This document shows positions 20,901 through 30,559 of a stretch of DNA of 64,000 nt, one piece after another. A program made the translations under genes and the position numbers. Origin of the DNA: a candidate division WOR-3 bacterium (GTDB lineage Bacteria; Hydrothermota; Tepidihabitantia; Tepidihabitantales; Tepidihabitantaceae). The first letter of the stretch is position 1; every line of letters begins with the position of its first letter. The notes beneath the pieces were generated by a model. That model ran no database searches and was not told the DNA's origin. It saw only the letters and a program-made list of their open reading frames with translations. The stretch covers positions 33,966 through 97,965 of the forward strand of contig CBFGJV010000007.1 of assembly GCA_965649205.1 (NCBI GenBank), given 5' to 3'.

Positions 20901-22892
20901 CTACCTGCCCAGTTTTTCCAGAAACATTCTGACCTTGGTTGCTTCCTGCGCGTCCGGAGCTGTGTTCAAGTAAGCCTGCAGGTAATGCCGAGCACTGTCC
21001 GGTTGTTCGGCGTAGAAGAACACTATCCCCTTGTTTTCTATTGCGCTGGCATATTCTGGGAAGTAGCGTAAGGAGAGATTGAAATCGGCCAGAGCCTTGG
21101 CGTGGTCTCCAACGCGGAAGTACAGAATGCCTCTGCGGTTGGCCGCGGCCGCGAAACGACGACACAAGTCCTGTGATTCTTTTTCGCGGAATAATCTCGT
21201 ATTGTATCGTTCCGGGCCGGGAAAGGTAAAGTTTGAGGGAATGTAGAGAGAGTCAGCTGCAGAAGCGGGTAACAGCCGATAAGTTAGCCCTTGCATCTGC
21301 AGACGGAATTCATGCCACGACTCTGGCCAGGACTGGAAATCTGCCGGCATCCAGAAAATCGGTCGGGTAGTTATCCATTCCTGTACCAGAAGAAATTTTA
21401 CTTCCTGCGTCGTGTTCTTAGCCAGTTCGCCAAAGCGGGCACCGGTTGCTTGACTCTGCCAGAGTCGTCGGGCAAGAGCAAAGGCGGGTTCGGGTACGAC
21501 TGCACGTTTGCTCAGAGCTTCCAAATACCAAGGGAAAGCCAGCAAGTGTTCGTTCACTAGCAGGAATTGTTCCCGGTCCTGTTCGGTAAAGAGCCAGCGT
21601 AATCCTTGGGTAGTACTGTATTCATCTGTGAACAGGATTGAACCTGCGGGTATTTCTCTGAGCAGCGAGCTACTCAAGTCGCGCAGGCCGTGCAGATGGC
21701 GCCGGTTGTGGACCGGATAATGGAGAATCAGTGGCAGCAGATGCAGGGCGAAGCCAGCTGCAAGAAGCCATTTTCTTTTCCGCCGATTGATATAAGCAAA
21801 TCCCAAGCCGATGAGAAGGACAAGGGCAAAGTAGGCGGGCAGGAAAAATCCTTCCTTGTCAGGAATGTTGTAGGCGAGAGCAAAGCCGGTACAAAAGACA
21901 AAGCTTAAGACCAGAGCCAGACAGAGTCTTTTGTTCTCTTTGAAACAGCAATATATCCCCGGAAAAAGAAAAAGCCAGGAGGCAAGGAACTGTTTGGCCA
22001 ACAGTCCGGGCAGCAGACTAAGTTGGTTGGCAAAATAACCCGGGACCCCGCCTTCAAGTCGGTAGCGATAGGTCCGGCTGGTGACAAATTCGTACCAGTC
22101 AGAAAGACTGTCAACCCCTCCCCAGCCTCCCAGCTGATCAGGTCGGGAGAGAAACGGCAAGGTAGCATACAGAAAGGGACCGACCAGCAGCAGAAGCAGG
22201 AGAGTTAGAATCTGTACACGTCCTAAGCGGAAAGTGGGATGCATAGTTGTCAGCAGGAGAAGCCCGGGCAACCAGAACAGTATTGTCAGGTGATTAGCCA
22301 TACCCAGTCCGAAGGTGAAAGCAGCCAGAGTTAGGAGTCCTAGTGCAGAGCTGGTGGAACCACGGGTGGAGTCACCACTGGTGGCCGCTGGCATTGGACG
22401 CGAGTGGACAATTCCAGGGACAGCCCAAGTTGTAACCGCATAAACGCAGACGGACAGAAGAAACGCATTCAAGGCATAGACCTCGAGAGCAGTAGCCTGG
22501 TTCCAGAGTTCGAAAGAGAAACCCCAGGCCAGAGCGGTAAAAAGTCCGGCCCAGCGGTTATTGGTCAAGCGGACGAGTGTCAGATATGTGAACAGACAAG
22601 AACCGGCTGCGGCGAGAGACGAAAACAAGTTCATCCGGAATGGCATTGACAGTAGAGGGATAAATGACAAGACCCGGAGGAGAAGGGTCAGTAATGGATA
22701 GCCTGGCGGGTGAGCCATACAAAACAGACGCCCGCACAGCATCAGTTCAGTGGCGTCGGTCCAATAGATGTCCCGGCAGGCGGTCGCCAGATACAAAAGG
22801 AAAGGTATGAAAAAAGAGCCGAACGGAGGGAGACTTTGGAAGATAGAAGACCGGGTAGTCTTGGCAGCGAGTGCCAGACCAAAGCGTTTCAC
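20901..22892 (-). CDS. DUF2723 (TMEM260-like) GT-C glycosyltransferase with C-terminal TPRs
   Basis: DATEL, AHPPGYPL, ALEVYAL, NHLT; many TM helices; TPR-like tail NRRG...ALADFNLSL. Confidence 0.8.
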   Translation of the reverse strand: MKRFGLALAAKTTRSSIFQSLPPFGSFFIPFLLYLATACRDIYWTDATELMLCGRLFCMAHPPGYPLLTLLLRVLSFIPLLSMPFRMNLFSSLAAAGSCLFTYLTLVRLTNNRWAGLFTALAWGFSFELWNQATALEVYALNAFLLSVCVYAVTTWAVPGIVHSRPMPAATSGDSTRGSTSSALGLLTLAAFTFGLGMANHLTILFWLPGLLLLTTMHPTFRLGRVQILTLLLLLLVGPFLYATLPFLSRPDQLGGWGGVDSLSDWYEFVTSRTYRYRLEGGVPGYFANQLSLLPGLLAKQFLASWLFLFPGIYCCFKENKRLCLALVLSFVFCTGFALAYNIPDKEGFFLPAYFALVLLIGLGFAYINRRKRKWLLAAGFALHLLPLILHYPVHNRRHLHGLRDLSSSLLREIPAGSILFTDEYSTTQGLRWLFTEQDREQFLLVNEHLLAFPWYLEALSKRAVVPEPAFALARRLWQSQATGARFGELAKNTTQEVKFLLVQEWITTRPIFWMPADFQSWPESWHEFRLQMQGLTYRLLPASAADSLYIPSNFTFPGPERYNTRLFREKESQDLCRRFAAAANRRGILYFRVGDHAKALADFNLSLRYFPEYASAIENKGIVFFYAEQPDSARHYLQAYLNTAPDAQEATKVRMFLEKLGR

Positions 22893-22898
22893 GGCGGG

Positions 22899-22961
22899 AT
22901 TCTAAGACAGGCTGAGATGCAGTCAAGGCAAATTGACTCCGACAGGTGGTAAGTGTATTAT
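22899..22961. promoter_or_regulatory. Back-to-back divergent promoters
   Basis: Minus: TTGACT(22926-21)-N16-TAGAAT-N6-GTG. Plus: TTGACT(22933-38)-N17-TATTAT. The -35 boxes form AGTCAA-N6-TTGACT. Confidence 0.7.
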
Positions 22962-22983
22962 CATAGTAAACTAACTCATTCTG

Positions 22984-25900
22984 TTGGTGATGTTCCGCAA
23001 CCTATTTAGCACCCTGCTCCTGCTGGCAAGCAGCCAGTTTGCAGGAGTAAGTGGCTTACCCGCGGGCAGGGTGGCTTTCGACACCAGCTACTATAACAAC
23101 TATGTGCGGACGATGCGTAAAATAGATTCTCTGGTTTCCTTGCGTCCCAGCATAGCTTCGCTTGAAACTATTGCTGTTACCGAAACCGGAGGGCGGGCGG
23201 TAGTGGCGGTGAAACTGGCTGGCACTGCAAGCTCCCAGGGAACGACGCCCGCGATTCTTTTTGATGGAGCCCACCACGGTTGCGAGGTGCTGACGAGTGA
23301 AGTGTGTTTGAAGCTTTTGGCCTATCTGATTGCGGGGTACGATTCTAGCCCTGTTTTGCGGCGTTACATTGACTCTTTGCGCATTTTCATAGTGCCGCTG
23401 GTGAACCCGGACGGCCACGAAGTGAACTTTGTTACTCCTGATACTCTCTGGCGTAAGAATACCAGGGACAATAACAGCAACGGTTACTGGGACCCCGAAG
23501 ACGGAGTGGATTTGAACCGCAACTATCCGTTTCTCTGGGACATCGGGGGCAGTCCGTTTCCAAGTGACCGCGAGTACAGGGGACCTTATCCTTTGAGCGA
23601 AGCAGAAACGCAAGGCATGGTTGCTTTGTGTGCGCGGGAGAAGTTTCTTACCAATATCTGTTATCATTCCAGCCTGGAGGCGGAGGGCTGGGAAAAAATA
23701 TACTATCCCTGGGACTGGGGCGGTGTTCGTTCGCCGGACTATGACATCATCCGCCCCATAGCTATAGCGCTGGCCTCCAGCATCCCTAATCTCGCCGGTA
23801 CGGGTACTTATTCGGCGGCGATAGGGAATGCCCTTTCCGGCGGGATGTACCGTAACTGGTCATACTACAATTACGGTGTTTTCTCCTACACCGTAGAGAC
23901 CGGTATTTACTACCCTTCTCCGGCTGCAGCCGAATCTATCTGCGCGAACAATATACTTGGTGCCCGCTATCTTCTGGGTCGGACTCTTGGTTCGGCTGTT
24001 TGGGGTCGGGTTACTGATTCGGTCGATGGTAAACCTCTGGCTGCTCAAGTACTGTTGCTGGAAGTGGATACTCTTTCTCCGCGGCCGATTCTGCCGCGGA
24101 CTTCTGACTCTGTTCAGGGCCGTTTCTTTCGGCTTGTCAACCCGGGCGCCTACACTTTTCGTGTTTCGCGGCCGGGATATGTAACCAAAACAGTGTCTGT
24201 AACTGTACAAGAAGGACAACGGTCGAATTTAGAGGTGAGGCTGGCTAAACCTTCGGTTACAGTGGTTAGTCCGAATGGAGGTGAAAGCTGGATGGGTGGT
24301 ACCACTCAGACTATTAGGTGGCGAAAAGCAGATGCCGGATTCGCTACCTATCGGATTGTGCTTTCACGCGACGGGGGGCTAACCTATGCCGACACTATTG
24401 CCCGTAACATACCTGCAAGCGAGACGACTTTTCGTTGGATTCTGTCTTGGGTAAATTCTGCCACCTGCAGAATAATGGTCCAGGCTTTGGATAGCACAGG
24501 TGCGTTTATCTGTCAAGATGTCAGTGATGGCAACTTTGTTATTCAGACTGCGGTAACAGTACTCGTTCCCAATGGTGGGGAGATTTTGGGTGGCGGTCTA
24601 CCTTATACCGTAAGATGGCGAGTGATAGGTACGGGTTTTGCATTCTTGCGAGTGTTGCTTTCCACCAACGGTGGAATGACGTACACAGATACGATTGGTC
24701 AGGTGAGCGTGCAGGAAAGTGTCATTGTGTGGACACCGGCCTGGATGAATGTGAATACATGTCGTATCAGGGTTCAGGCGTTGGACAGCAGTGGCGCGGT
24801 GGTGGTGCATGATGCCAGCGACGGTAACTTCGCGGTGCGGACAGCAGTGACTGTAATGTCCCCGAACGGGGGTGAGTTTTGGGCCACTGGTGGTTATCGG
24901 ACGGTAAGATGGACTCGAACAGGTGGTGGATTCAGTGGCTATAGACTTCTTCTTTCTATGGATGGCGGTTTTACCTTTAAAGACACCATCGCCCGGGATG
25001 TGAACCCGGCCGAGAGTAGTTTTGTCTGGGTGATACCAACCGCTAACTCCAGTACCTGCTGGCTTATGGTTCAGGCGTTGGACAGCGCAGGCGGCGTGGT
25101 ATGTCAGGACGCCAGTGATGGCAGCTTTACGATTGCCGGCGTGGTAACCGTGTCGGTGCCAAATGGGGGAGAAGTCTGGGCCGGGAACGGCTTCCAGAAC
25201 ATCTATTGGAAGAAAACGGGCGTCAGTTTCGAATATCACCGGCTACTGCTTTCGCGCAACGGGGGACTTACCTATTCCGACACTATCGCGGCATATGTGG
25301 CGGCCGCAGAAAGCTCATACAGATGGCAGGTGTTTCCCGTCAATACGGATAAGTGTCGGGTGTGCGTGCAGCTAGTTGATGCGTCTGGTCAGGTGGTGGC
25401 TGCGGACTGGAGCGATCTTGATTTTACAATTGATTCGGACCCGCCTCTGGGTTTCAATCTGGTTCGACCGGCCAACTCTGCCTGGGCTAGCGGCACTCCG
25501 ATTTTTATATGGAACAGCGCCAGGGACAATTTCGGTATTGGCTATTACCAATTGTTTGTAGATGGGATATTGCGTATGGACAGTATTGCCGATACTGTTT
25601 GTACGTTTCTGCCGCCGGCCCTCGGTGAAGGCCTAAGAACCTGGACGGTGAAGGCAGTAGACCGGGCTGGAAACGCACGGCAATCAACGCAGACTTTTTC
25701 AGTCCGTATAGATACCACCCCTCCAGGTCCTTTTCATCTGCTTGCTCCAGCCGAGAGTTCCTGGATCAGCCGGAGTCTGTCGGTCCTTTCTTGGCAAGCC
25801 TCGTATGATGTTGGTTGTGGGCTTGCCGGTTATCAGTTATGGATTGACGGAGTTCCTAACCGGACGGATCTGTCCGCAAGTCAGACTTCGTGCTTGCCCG

Positions 25901-28900
25901 TTGCTCCTCTGAGTTTAGGATTGCACTCTTGGCAAGTACGGGCAGTGGATAGCGTAGGCAATGTGCGGGTATCGACACAGACGCGTACGTTCGGGGTGGA
26001 CACTGTCCCCCCAGAACCTTTTACTCTCGTTTTGCCCGATGATTCAAGCTGGGTTTCTGGGCGCCCTCGGTTTGTCTGGCACCAGTCGACTGATTCTTTG
26101 AGTGGTATCTGTCTTTACCGTGTGTATGTGTCCGGAACTGGGCGAGTGGATAGTATTCTGGCAACGGACACCAGCACGGTACCGACTTCTACCCTCGCCG
26201 AAGGACCGGCTACCTGGTACGTGCAGGCGATTGACCGGGCAGGCAATATACGTCACAGCCCGGTCCAGCGGATATTCGTGGATACCACCCCCCCCGCTGC
26301 ATTCAGCCTTGTTTCTCCGTCTGATGGGGCGTACCAGACAATGTCCTTGCCGGAATTTATCTGGCGGCAGAGTACGGACGCAGGCGTTGGGTTCCAGAAG
26401 TACGAATTGTGGATTGATGGGGTACGGAACAGAGAAAGCTTGGGGATGCTGGATACGATGGCTTTGCCAGCCACGGCTCTGAGCGAAGGGATTCATGTCT
26501 GGCAAATACGGGCCTACGACAAAGTGGCTAACGTCCGCTTTTCTAATCAGAGTCGTCAGGTTACTTTGGATTGGACCCCGCCCGACACTTTCAGTCTTTC
26601 GTTTCCCCGCGAAAATGATACCACCTATGTACAACAGCCTGTCTTCTTCTGGCGGCCGGCACGCGACAGGGTTTCCGGTTTGTCCCGATACCAGTTGCTG
26701 ATTGATGATACAGTCAGCAGAGACAGTATTGCGGAGTCTGATACCTTCGCCGTTCTGGTTTCTCCGCTTTCCTTTGGCAGCGTGGTCCAGTGGAAGGTGA
26801 AGGCTATTGACCGTGCCGGATTGGAGCGTCAATCCAGCAAGACTCACAGGTTGTATGTTGTCAAGGACAGCATTCCACCGACGATTCCGATTCAGGTGGC
26901 CCCAGGGCACGGTACCTATTGTCGGGATAGTGCGCCGACCTTCCGTTGGCGACGTTCCAGCGATACCTACAGTGGGGTGAGTCACTATTCTCTCCAGTAT
27001 GCGACAAACCCTGTTTGTAGCATGGGAATTACCGTGATGGTGAGCGATACTTTCTATCAAGTTCCTGGCCGGCTGGCCGATACGGTCTGGTACTGGCGAG
27101 TGCGGGCTCATGACCGGGTAGGCAATAGGAGCGACTGGTCTTTGGTGTGGTTTTTTGAAGTGGATACTCGCATTCCGGCCGCTCCTATGCTGCAGCGACC
27201 TGTGCGAGGAGCCTGGTGTAACAGTCGGGAGGTGGTTTTCAGCTGGACGCCAACGTCTTGGGGCATACTGTCTCCGGTCCGTTACATACTGCAGGTGGAT
27301 ACTGTTGTTCATTTTACCCATCCGCGGACAGATACGACTGCTGCCACTATGGACACAATGAATCTGTTAGAGCGCAAACGTTACTACTGGCGAGTGCGTG
27401 CCTTTGACTTAGCCGGAAACCAGGGTCCTTTTTCAGCAATAGACAGCTTTGGAGTGGATGCGGATGTACCGACGGTTCCGGCTCCGGTTGCTCCTGACAG
27501 CGGCGGATTGCTCAATGACTCGCTTGTTCGATTTGTCTGGCGGCGTAGCTCAGATGCCCTGAGCGGAGTACGACATTACGTTTTGCAGTGGGCACCTGAT
27601 TCTGATTTCGTTGGTGCTGTCACCAGAGATTCTGTTACGGATACAACCTGGGTGACAACGCCGCCGCTGATTGACACTGTTTGGTATTGGCGAGTAAGAG
27701 CGGTGGACAGAGCCCACAACCAGAGTAACTGGTCTTCAGTCTGGTCTTTTGCCAAGGACGCAACAGCTCCGGCGGTGCCGTTGCTTTTGGAACCAGTTCG
27801 GGGTTCCTGGAAGAACGCCCTACGTACTGTTTTTCGCTGGTCGCCGGTAGAGGATGAATGGCAGGGGTCTGGCTTTGGAATTTGCTCGCCGGTGCGTTAC
27901 ATAGTGCAGGTGGATACACTGCGCAGTTTCGTTTCTCCGTTGGTTGTAGATACCACCGCGTTCACCGAAGACACATTCGAACTTGGGGAGCGGGGGCGTT
28001 ACTACTGGCGTGTGCGGGCTTTTGATTTGGCCGGAAACCAGGGCTATTTTTCCAGTTTGGACAGTTTTGGTATAGACTACACGGCGCCAACTTCTCCGAT
28101 CATTGTGGCTCCGGACAGCGGCAAGGTATGTAACGATTCTGTGATGCGTTTTGTTTGGAGTCGGGCCAGGGACGTTTTGAGCGGCGTGGATCATTATCAG
28201 CTGCAGTATGGCCAAGACCCCGAGCTGGCTGATTCTGTTACGATTGATTCGCTTACGGATACAACTGCTGTTGTGGCACTGGTTGACGCTATTTGGTATT
28301 GGCGGTTGAGAGCGGTAGACCGGGCAGGCAATTTCAGCCTTTGGTCTAGCATCTGGAATTTTGAAAAAGATACAAGAGAACCCGAGCAGCCGACTCTTTT
28401 ATCGCCGGTAGGAGGTGTTTGGATTGCGGACAGCTTCGTATGCTGTAACTGGAGTCGGGTTTTTCTGAGAGGAGCCGGAACGGGATTGTTTTGTACTTTG
28501 CCGAGTAATTCGGAGTGGGCCGAGCGGGTTCCTCTTTCTTTGGTGCGTTACATACTGCAGATAGATACGACGCTGGCTTTTGTACGGCCGCGAGTAGACA
28601 CGCTTGATGATACAACCGCGACAGTAAACCGAGGAGAGGGACGTCATTTCTGGCGCGTGCGGGCCTTTGACCTGGCAGGTAATCAAGGAGCTTTTTCTCA
28701 CGTGGACAGCTTCGGCGTAGATTTAACTAGACCGACGGTGCCGATGCTCGAACATCCGCCGGATAATTTTACACTGGTCGACTCCTTATGTACTTTTATT
28801 TGGCACTATGCCCAGGACTGGCCCAGCGGAGTGGCGGACTACAGACTACAGGTGGCATCTGATACCGGCTTCAGCCGGTTGCAGCGTGACACGGTAGTAG

Positions 28901-29316
28901 CTGATACCAGTTGTCGGTTGCTGGTCGCTGATTCGGTTTGCTACTGGCGTGTGCGTTGTAAAGACCGAGCCGGTAACCTGAGCAATTGGTCGGTTAGGCG
29001 CAGGTTGCGAGTAATCGGTCCGGGGGCAGTGGTGGAAAGGTCTCCACAACTGTTGTCGGGTGTTTTGGAGCTGGCGGGACCGGTTGTGTTTCGTGATCGC
29101 CTGGTGCTGACCTGCGTTCTAAGAAGAGAGGTGGTAGTGCGACTTTCTTTGTACAACAGTGCAGGTCGGGAGATGACGGTTTTTTGGTCAGGCAAACAGC
29201 CTGCTGGGAGATACAAGATTACCTGTAACAGTTTATCGATCCCTGCCGGCATCTATTTTCTCAGTCTGGATGCAGACGGTCTTGTGGCAAAACTAAAGGT
29301 GGTAAAGGCCGAATAG
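22984..29316 (+). CDS. Giant secreted M14 zinc carboxypeptidase with 4 PNGGE repeats, 12 Fn3/Ig-like repeats and T9SS-like C-terminal domain
   Basis: Signal peptide; HHGCE, NPDG, WRKN, DLNRNY, YHS, YTVE; C-terminal LYNSAGR...PAGIYFL...KVVK. Confidence 0.9.
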   Translation: MVMFRNLFSTLLLLASSQFAGVSGLPAGRVAFDTSYYNNYVRTMRKIDSLVSLRPSIASLETIAVTETGGRAVVAVKLAGTASSQGTTPAILFDGAHHGCEVLTSEVCLKLLAYLIAGYDSSPVLRRYIDSLRIFIVPLVNPDGHEVNFVTPDTLWRKNTRDNNSNGYWDPEDGVDLNRNYPFLWDIGGSPFPSDREYRGPYPLSEAETQGMVALCAREKFLTNICYHSSLEAEGWEKIYYPWDWGGVRSPDYDIIRPIAIALASSIPNLAGTGTYSAAIGNALSGGMYRNWSYYNYGVFSYTVETGIYYPSPAAAESICANNILGARYLLGRTLGSAVWGRVTDSVDGKPLAAQVLLLEVDTLSPRPILPRTSDSVQGRFFRLVNPGAYTFRVSRPGYVTKTVSVTVQEGQRSNLEVRLAKPSVTVVSPNGGESWMGGTTQTIRWRKADAGFATYRIVLSRDGGLTYADTIARNIPASETTFRWILSWVNSATCRIMVQALDSTGAFICQDVSDGNFVIQTAVTVLVPNGGEILGGGLPYTVRWRVIGTGFAFLRVLLSTNGGMTYTDTIGQVSVQESVIVWTPAWMNVNTCRIRVQALDSSGAVVVHDASDGNFAVRTAVTVMSPNGGEFWATGGYRTVRWTRTGGGFSGYRLLLSMDGGFTFKDTIARDVNPAESSFVWVIPTANSSTCWLMVQALDSAGGVVCQDASDGSFTIAGVVTVSVPNGGEVWAGNGFQNIYWKKTGVSFEYHRLLLSRNGGLTYSDTIAAYVAAAESSYRWQVFPVNTDKCRVCVQLVDASGQVVAADWSDLDFTIDSDPPLGFNLVRPANSAWASGTPIFIWNSARDNFGIGYYQLFVDGILRMDSIADTVCTFLPPALGEGLRTWTVKAVDRAGNARQSTQTFSVRIDTTPPGPFHLLAPAESSWISRSLSVLSWQASYDVGCGLAGYQLWIDGVPNRTDLSASQTSCLPVAPLSLGLHSWQVRAVDSVGNVRVSTQTRTFGVDTVPPEPFTLVLPDDSSWVSGRPRFVWHQSTDSLSGICLYRVYVSGTGRVDSILATDTSTVPTSTLAEGPATWYVQAIDRAGNIRHSPVQRIFVDTTPPAAFSLVSPSDGAYQTMSLPEFIWRQSTDAGVGFQKYELWIDGVRNRESLGMLDTMALPATALSEGIHVWQIRAYDKVANVRFSNQSRQVTLDWTPPDTFSLSFPRENDTTYVQQPVFFWRPARDRVSGLSRYQLLIDDTVSRDSIAESDTFAVLVSPLSFGSVVQWKVKAIDRAGLERQSSKTHRLYVVKDSIPPTIPIQVAPGHGTYCRDSAPTFRWRRSSDTYSGVSHYSLQYATNPVCSMGITVMVSDTFYQVPGRLADTVWYWRVRAHDRVGNRSDWSLVWFFEVDTRIPAAPMLQRPVRGAWCNSREVVFSWTPTSWGILSPVRYILQVDTVVHFTHPRTDTTAATMDTMNLLERKRYYWRVRAFDLAGNQGPFSAIDSFGVDADVPTVPAPVAPDSGGLLNDSLVRFVWRRSSDALSGVRHYVLQWAPDSDFVGAVTRDSVTDTTWVTTPPLIDTVWYWRVRAVDRAHNQSNWSSVWSFAKDATAPAVPLLLEPVRGSWKNALRTVFRWSPVEDEWQGSGFGICSPVRYIVQVDTLRSFVSPLVVDTTAFTEDTFELGERGRYYWRVRAFDLAGNQGYFSSLDSFGIDYTAPTSPIIVAPDSGKVCNDSVMRFVWSRARDVLSGVDHYQLQYGQDPELADSVTIDSLTDTTAVVALVDAIWYWRLRAVDRAGNFSLWSSIWNFEKDTREPEQPTLLSPVGGVWIADSFVCCNWSRVFLRGAGTGLFCTLPSNSEWAERVPLSLVRYILQIDTTLAFVRPRVDTLDDTTATVNRGEGRHFWRVRAFDLAGNQGAFSHVDSFGVDLTRPTVPMLEHPPDNFTLVDSLCTFIWHYAQDWPSGVADYRLQVASDTGFSRLQRDTVVADTSCRLLVADSVCYWRVRCKDRAGNLSNWSVRRRLRVIGPGAVVERSPQLLSGVLELAGPVVFRDRLVLTCVLRREVVVRLSLYNSAGREMTVFWSGKQPAGRYKITCNSLSIPAGIYFLSLDADGLVAKLKVVKAE
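24250..29010 (+). repeat. Intragenic tandem domain repeats (about 95-110 aa each; boundaries approximate)
   Basis: 4 x PNGGE units then 12 units ending W.V.A.D..GN; DNA-level similarity around 27380, 27998 and 28650. Confidence 0.85.
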
Positions 29317-29406
29317 AAGACCAGACAGCGGGAGTTTTCTTGAAAACAATGATTGAAGGTCAAAAAACGGTTTTGGAGATGGCGAAATTTGGCTTAATTT
29401 TCAAGG

Positions 29407-29434
29407 TTGACAAAATGAGTTCTTTGGCTATATT
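29407..29434 (+). promoter_or_regulatory. S10 operon promoter
   Basis: TTGACA-N16-TATATT. Confidence 0.75.
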
Positions 29435-29442
29435 ACACGCCA

Positions 29443-29505
29443 GGCGCTAGAAATAGTGCCAGGGGCAATCCGCCCTTCCGCCCTGAAAAGACTAACAGGC
29501 AGCGG
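29443..29505 (+). ncRNA. Candidate structured rpsJ 5' leader (three adjacent hairpins)
   Basis: GGCGCTA-GAAA-TAGTGCC; AGGGGC-AATCC-GCCCTT; CCGC-CCTG-N10-CAGG-CA-GCGG. Confidence 0.55.
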
Positions 29506-29552
29506 TAGATGTTTAAAATAGTGATAGAGAGGTTTTGTTTCTGTATTGAGTT

Positions 29553-29876
29553 ATGAGCCTGATAAGGACATCGAAGAAGATACGTATTAAGCTTAAGGCT
29601 TACGACCACCGGGTGCTGGACCAGTCCGCTCGCGATATAGTGGATGTGGCCAAGAGGACTGGTGCTCAGGTTTCCGGGCCGGTGCCGTTGCCCACAAAGC
29701 GTACGCTGTTCACTGTACTGCGTTCTCCTCATGTGGATAAGAAGTCGCGGGAACAGTTTGAACTGCGGGTGCATAAGCGCCTGATAGAGATTTCTAATGC
29801 TACCGCTGAAATGGTGGATGCTTTGATGAAGCTGGAAGTACCTGCCGGCGTAGAAGTAGAGATTAGGTCAGCTTGA
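29553..29876 (+). CDS. rpsJ: 30S ribosomal protein uS10
   Basis: [31 protein letters not shown]. Confidence 0.98.
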   Translation: MSLIRTSKKIRIKLKAYDHRVLDQSARDIVDVAKRTGAQVSGPVPLPTKRTLFTVLRSPHVDKKSREQFELRVHKRLIEISNATAEMVDALMKLEVPAGVEVEIRSA

Positions 29877-29881
29877 GCAGT

Positions 29882-30559
29882 ATGGAGAACAAAGATAGCC
29901 GGAAAGCAAAGAATGCTAGCGCCCTCTTGGGTTTGAAAGGAACGATGACCCAGTTCTATGACAAACAGGGCCGTGTGGTACCGGCAACCGCAATAGAGGT
30001 AGGGACTAATTGTGTCGTGGTCGCGCGCCGGAGCGTGGAAAGGGACGGCTACGAAGCCGTCCAGCTTGGATTCGGCCGCGTGAAGCCGAAGCAGGTCTGT
30101 AAACCGTTAGCCGGACACTGCAAGCGAGCTGGCCTAGAGCAGGTTCATTTCCTTTGTGAAGTTCCTGCTCAGGGCAATGAGGGGCTGAAGCCGGGTGAGA
30201 CGGTGGGGGTGGAAGTTTTTAAAGAGGGAGATTTGGTCCAGGTTACCGGTCGTACCCGGGGCAGAGGATTTGCAGGTGGAGTAGAGCGTTGGAACTGGGC
30301 GAGTGGACCACGTAGTCATGGCTCTATGTCTCACCGTCGCATAGGTTCAGTAGGTGCAGGGTCTTCACCCGGTCGAGTGCTCAGGGGAAGACATCTTCCC
30401 GGCCATTACGGGGTGGAGCGGGTGACGATACGAAAGCTGCACGTGGTAAAAGTGGAGCCAGAAGCAGGCAGACTATATGTCAGCGGTGCAGTTCCTGGTT
30501 GTCGGGGTAGTTTGCTTCTGGTGAGAAAGATGAAGGTAAGAGGCAAGGCTGAACAATGA
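29882..30559 (+). CDS. rplC: 50S ribosomal protein uL3
   Basis: [27 protein letters not shown]. Confidence 0.97.
   Translation: MENKDSRKAKNASALLGLKGTMTQFYDKQGRVVPATAIEVGTNCVVVARRSVERDGYEAVQLGFGRVKPKQVCKPLAGHCKRAGLEQVHFLCEVPAQGNEGLKPGETVGVEVFKEGDLVQVTGRTRGRGFAGGVERWNWASGPRSHGSMSHRRIGSVGAGSSPGRVLRGRHLPGHYGVERVTIRKLHVVKVEPEAGRLYVSGAVPGCRGSLLLVRKMKVRGKAEQ

Noticed and set aside
26044..27321. 425-aa antisense ORF and other long shadow ORFs (14777-15487, 51546-52541, 10672-11364)
   Set aside because: They overlap well-supported genes and show no recognisable motifs
24250..29010. Repeats as a CRISPR array or DGR template/variable pair
   Set aside because: They are in-frame protein domain repeats with mostly synonymous divergence; no spacers, cas or reverse transcriptase gene
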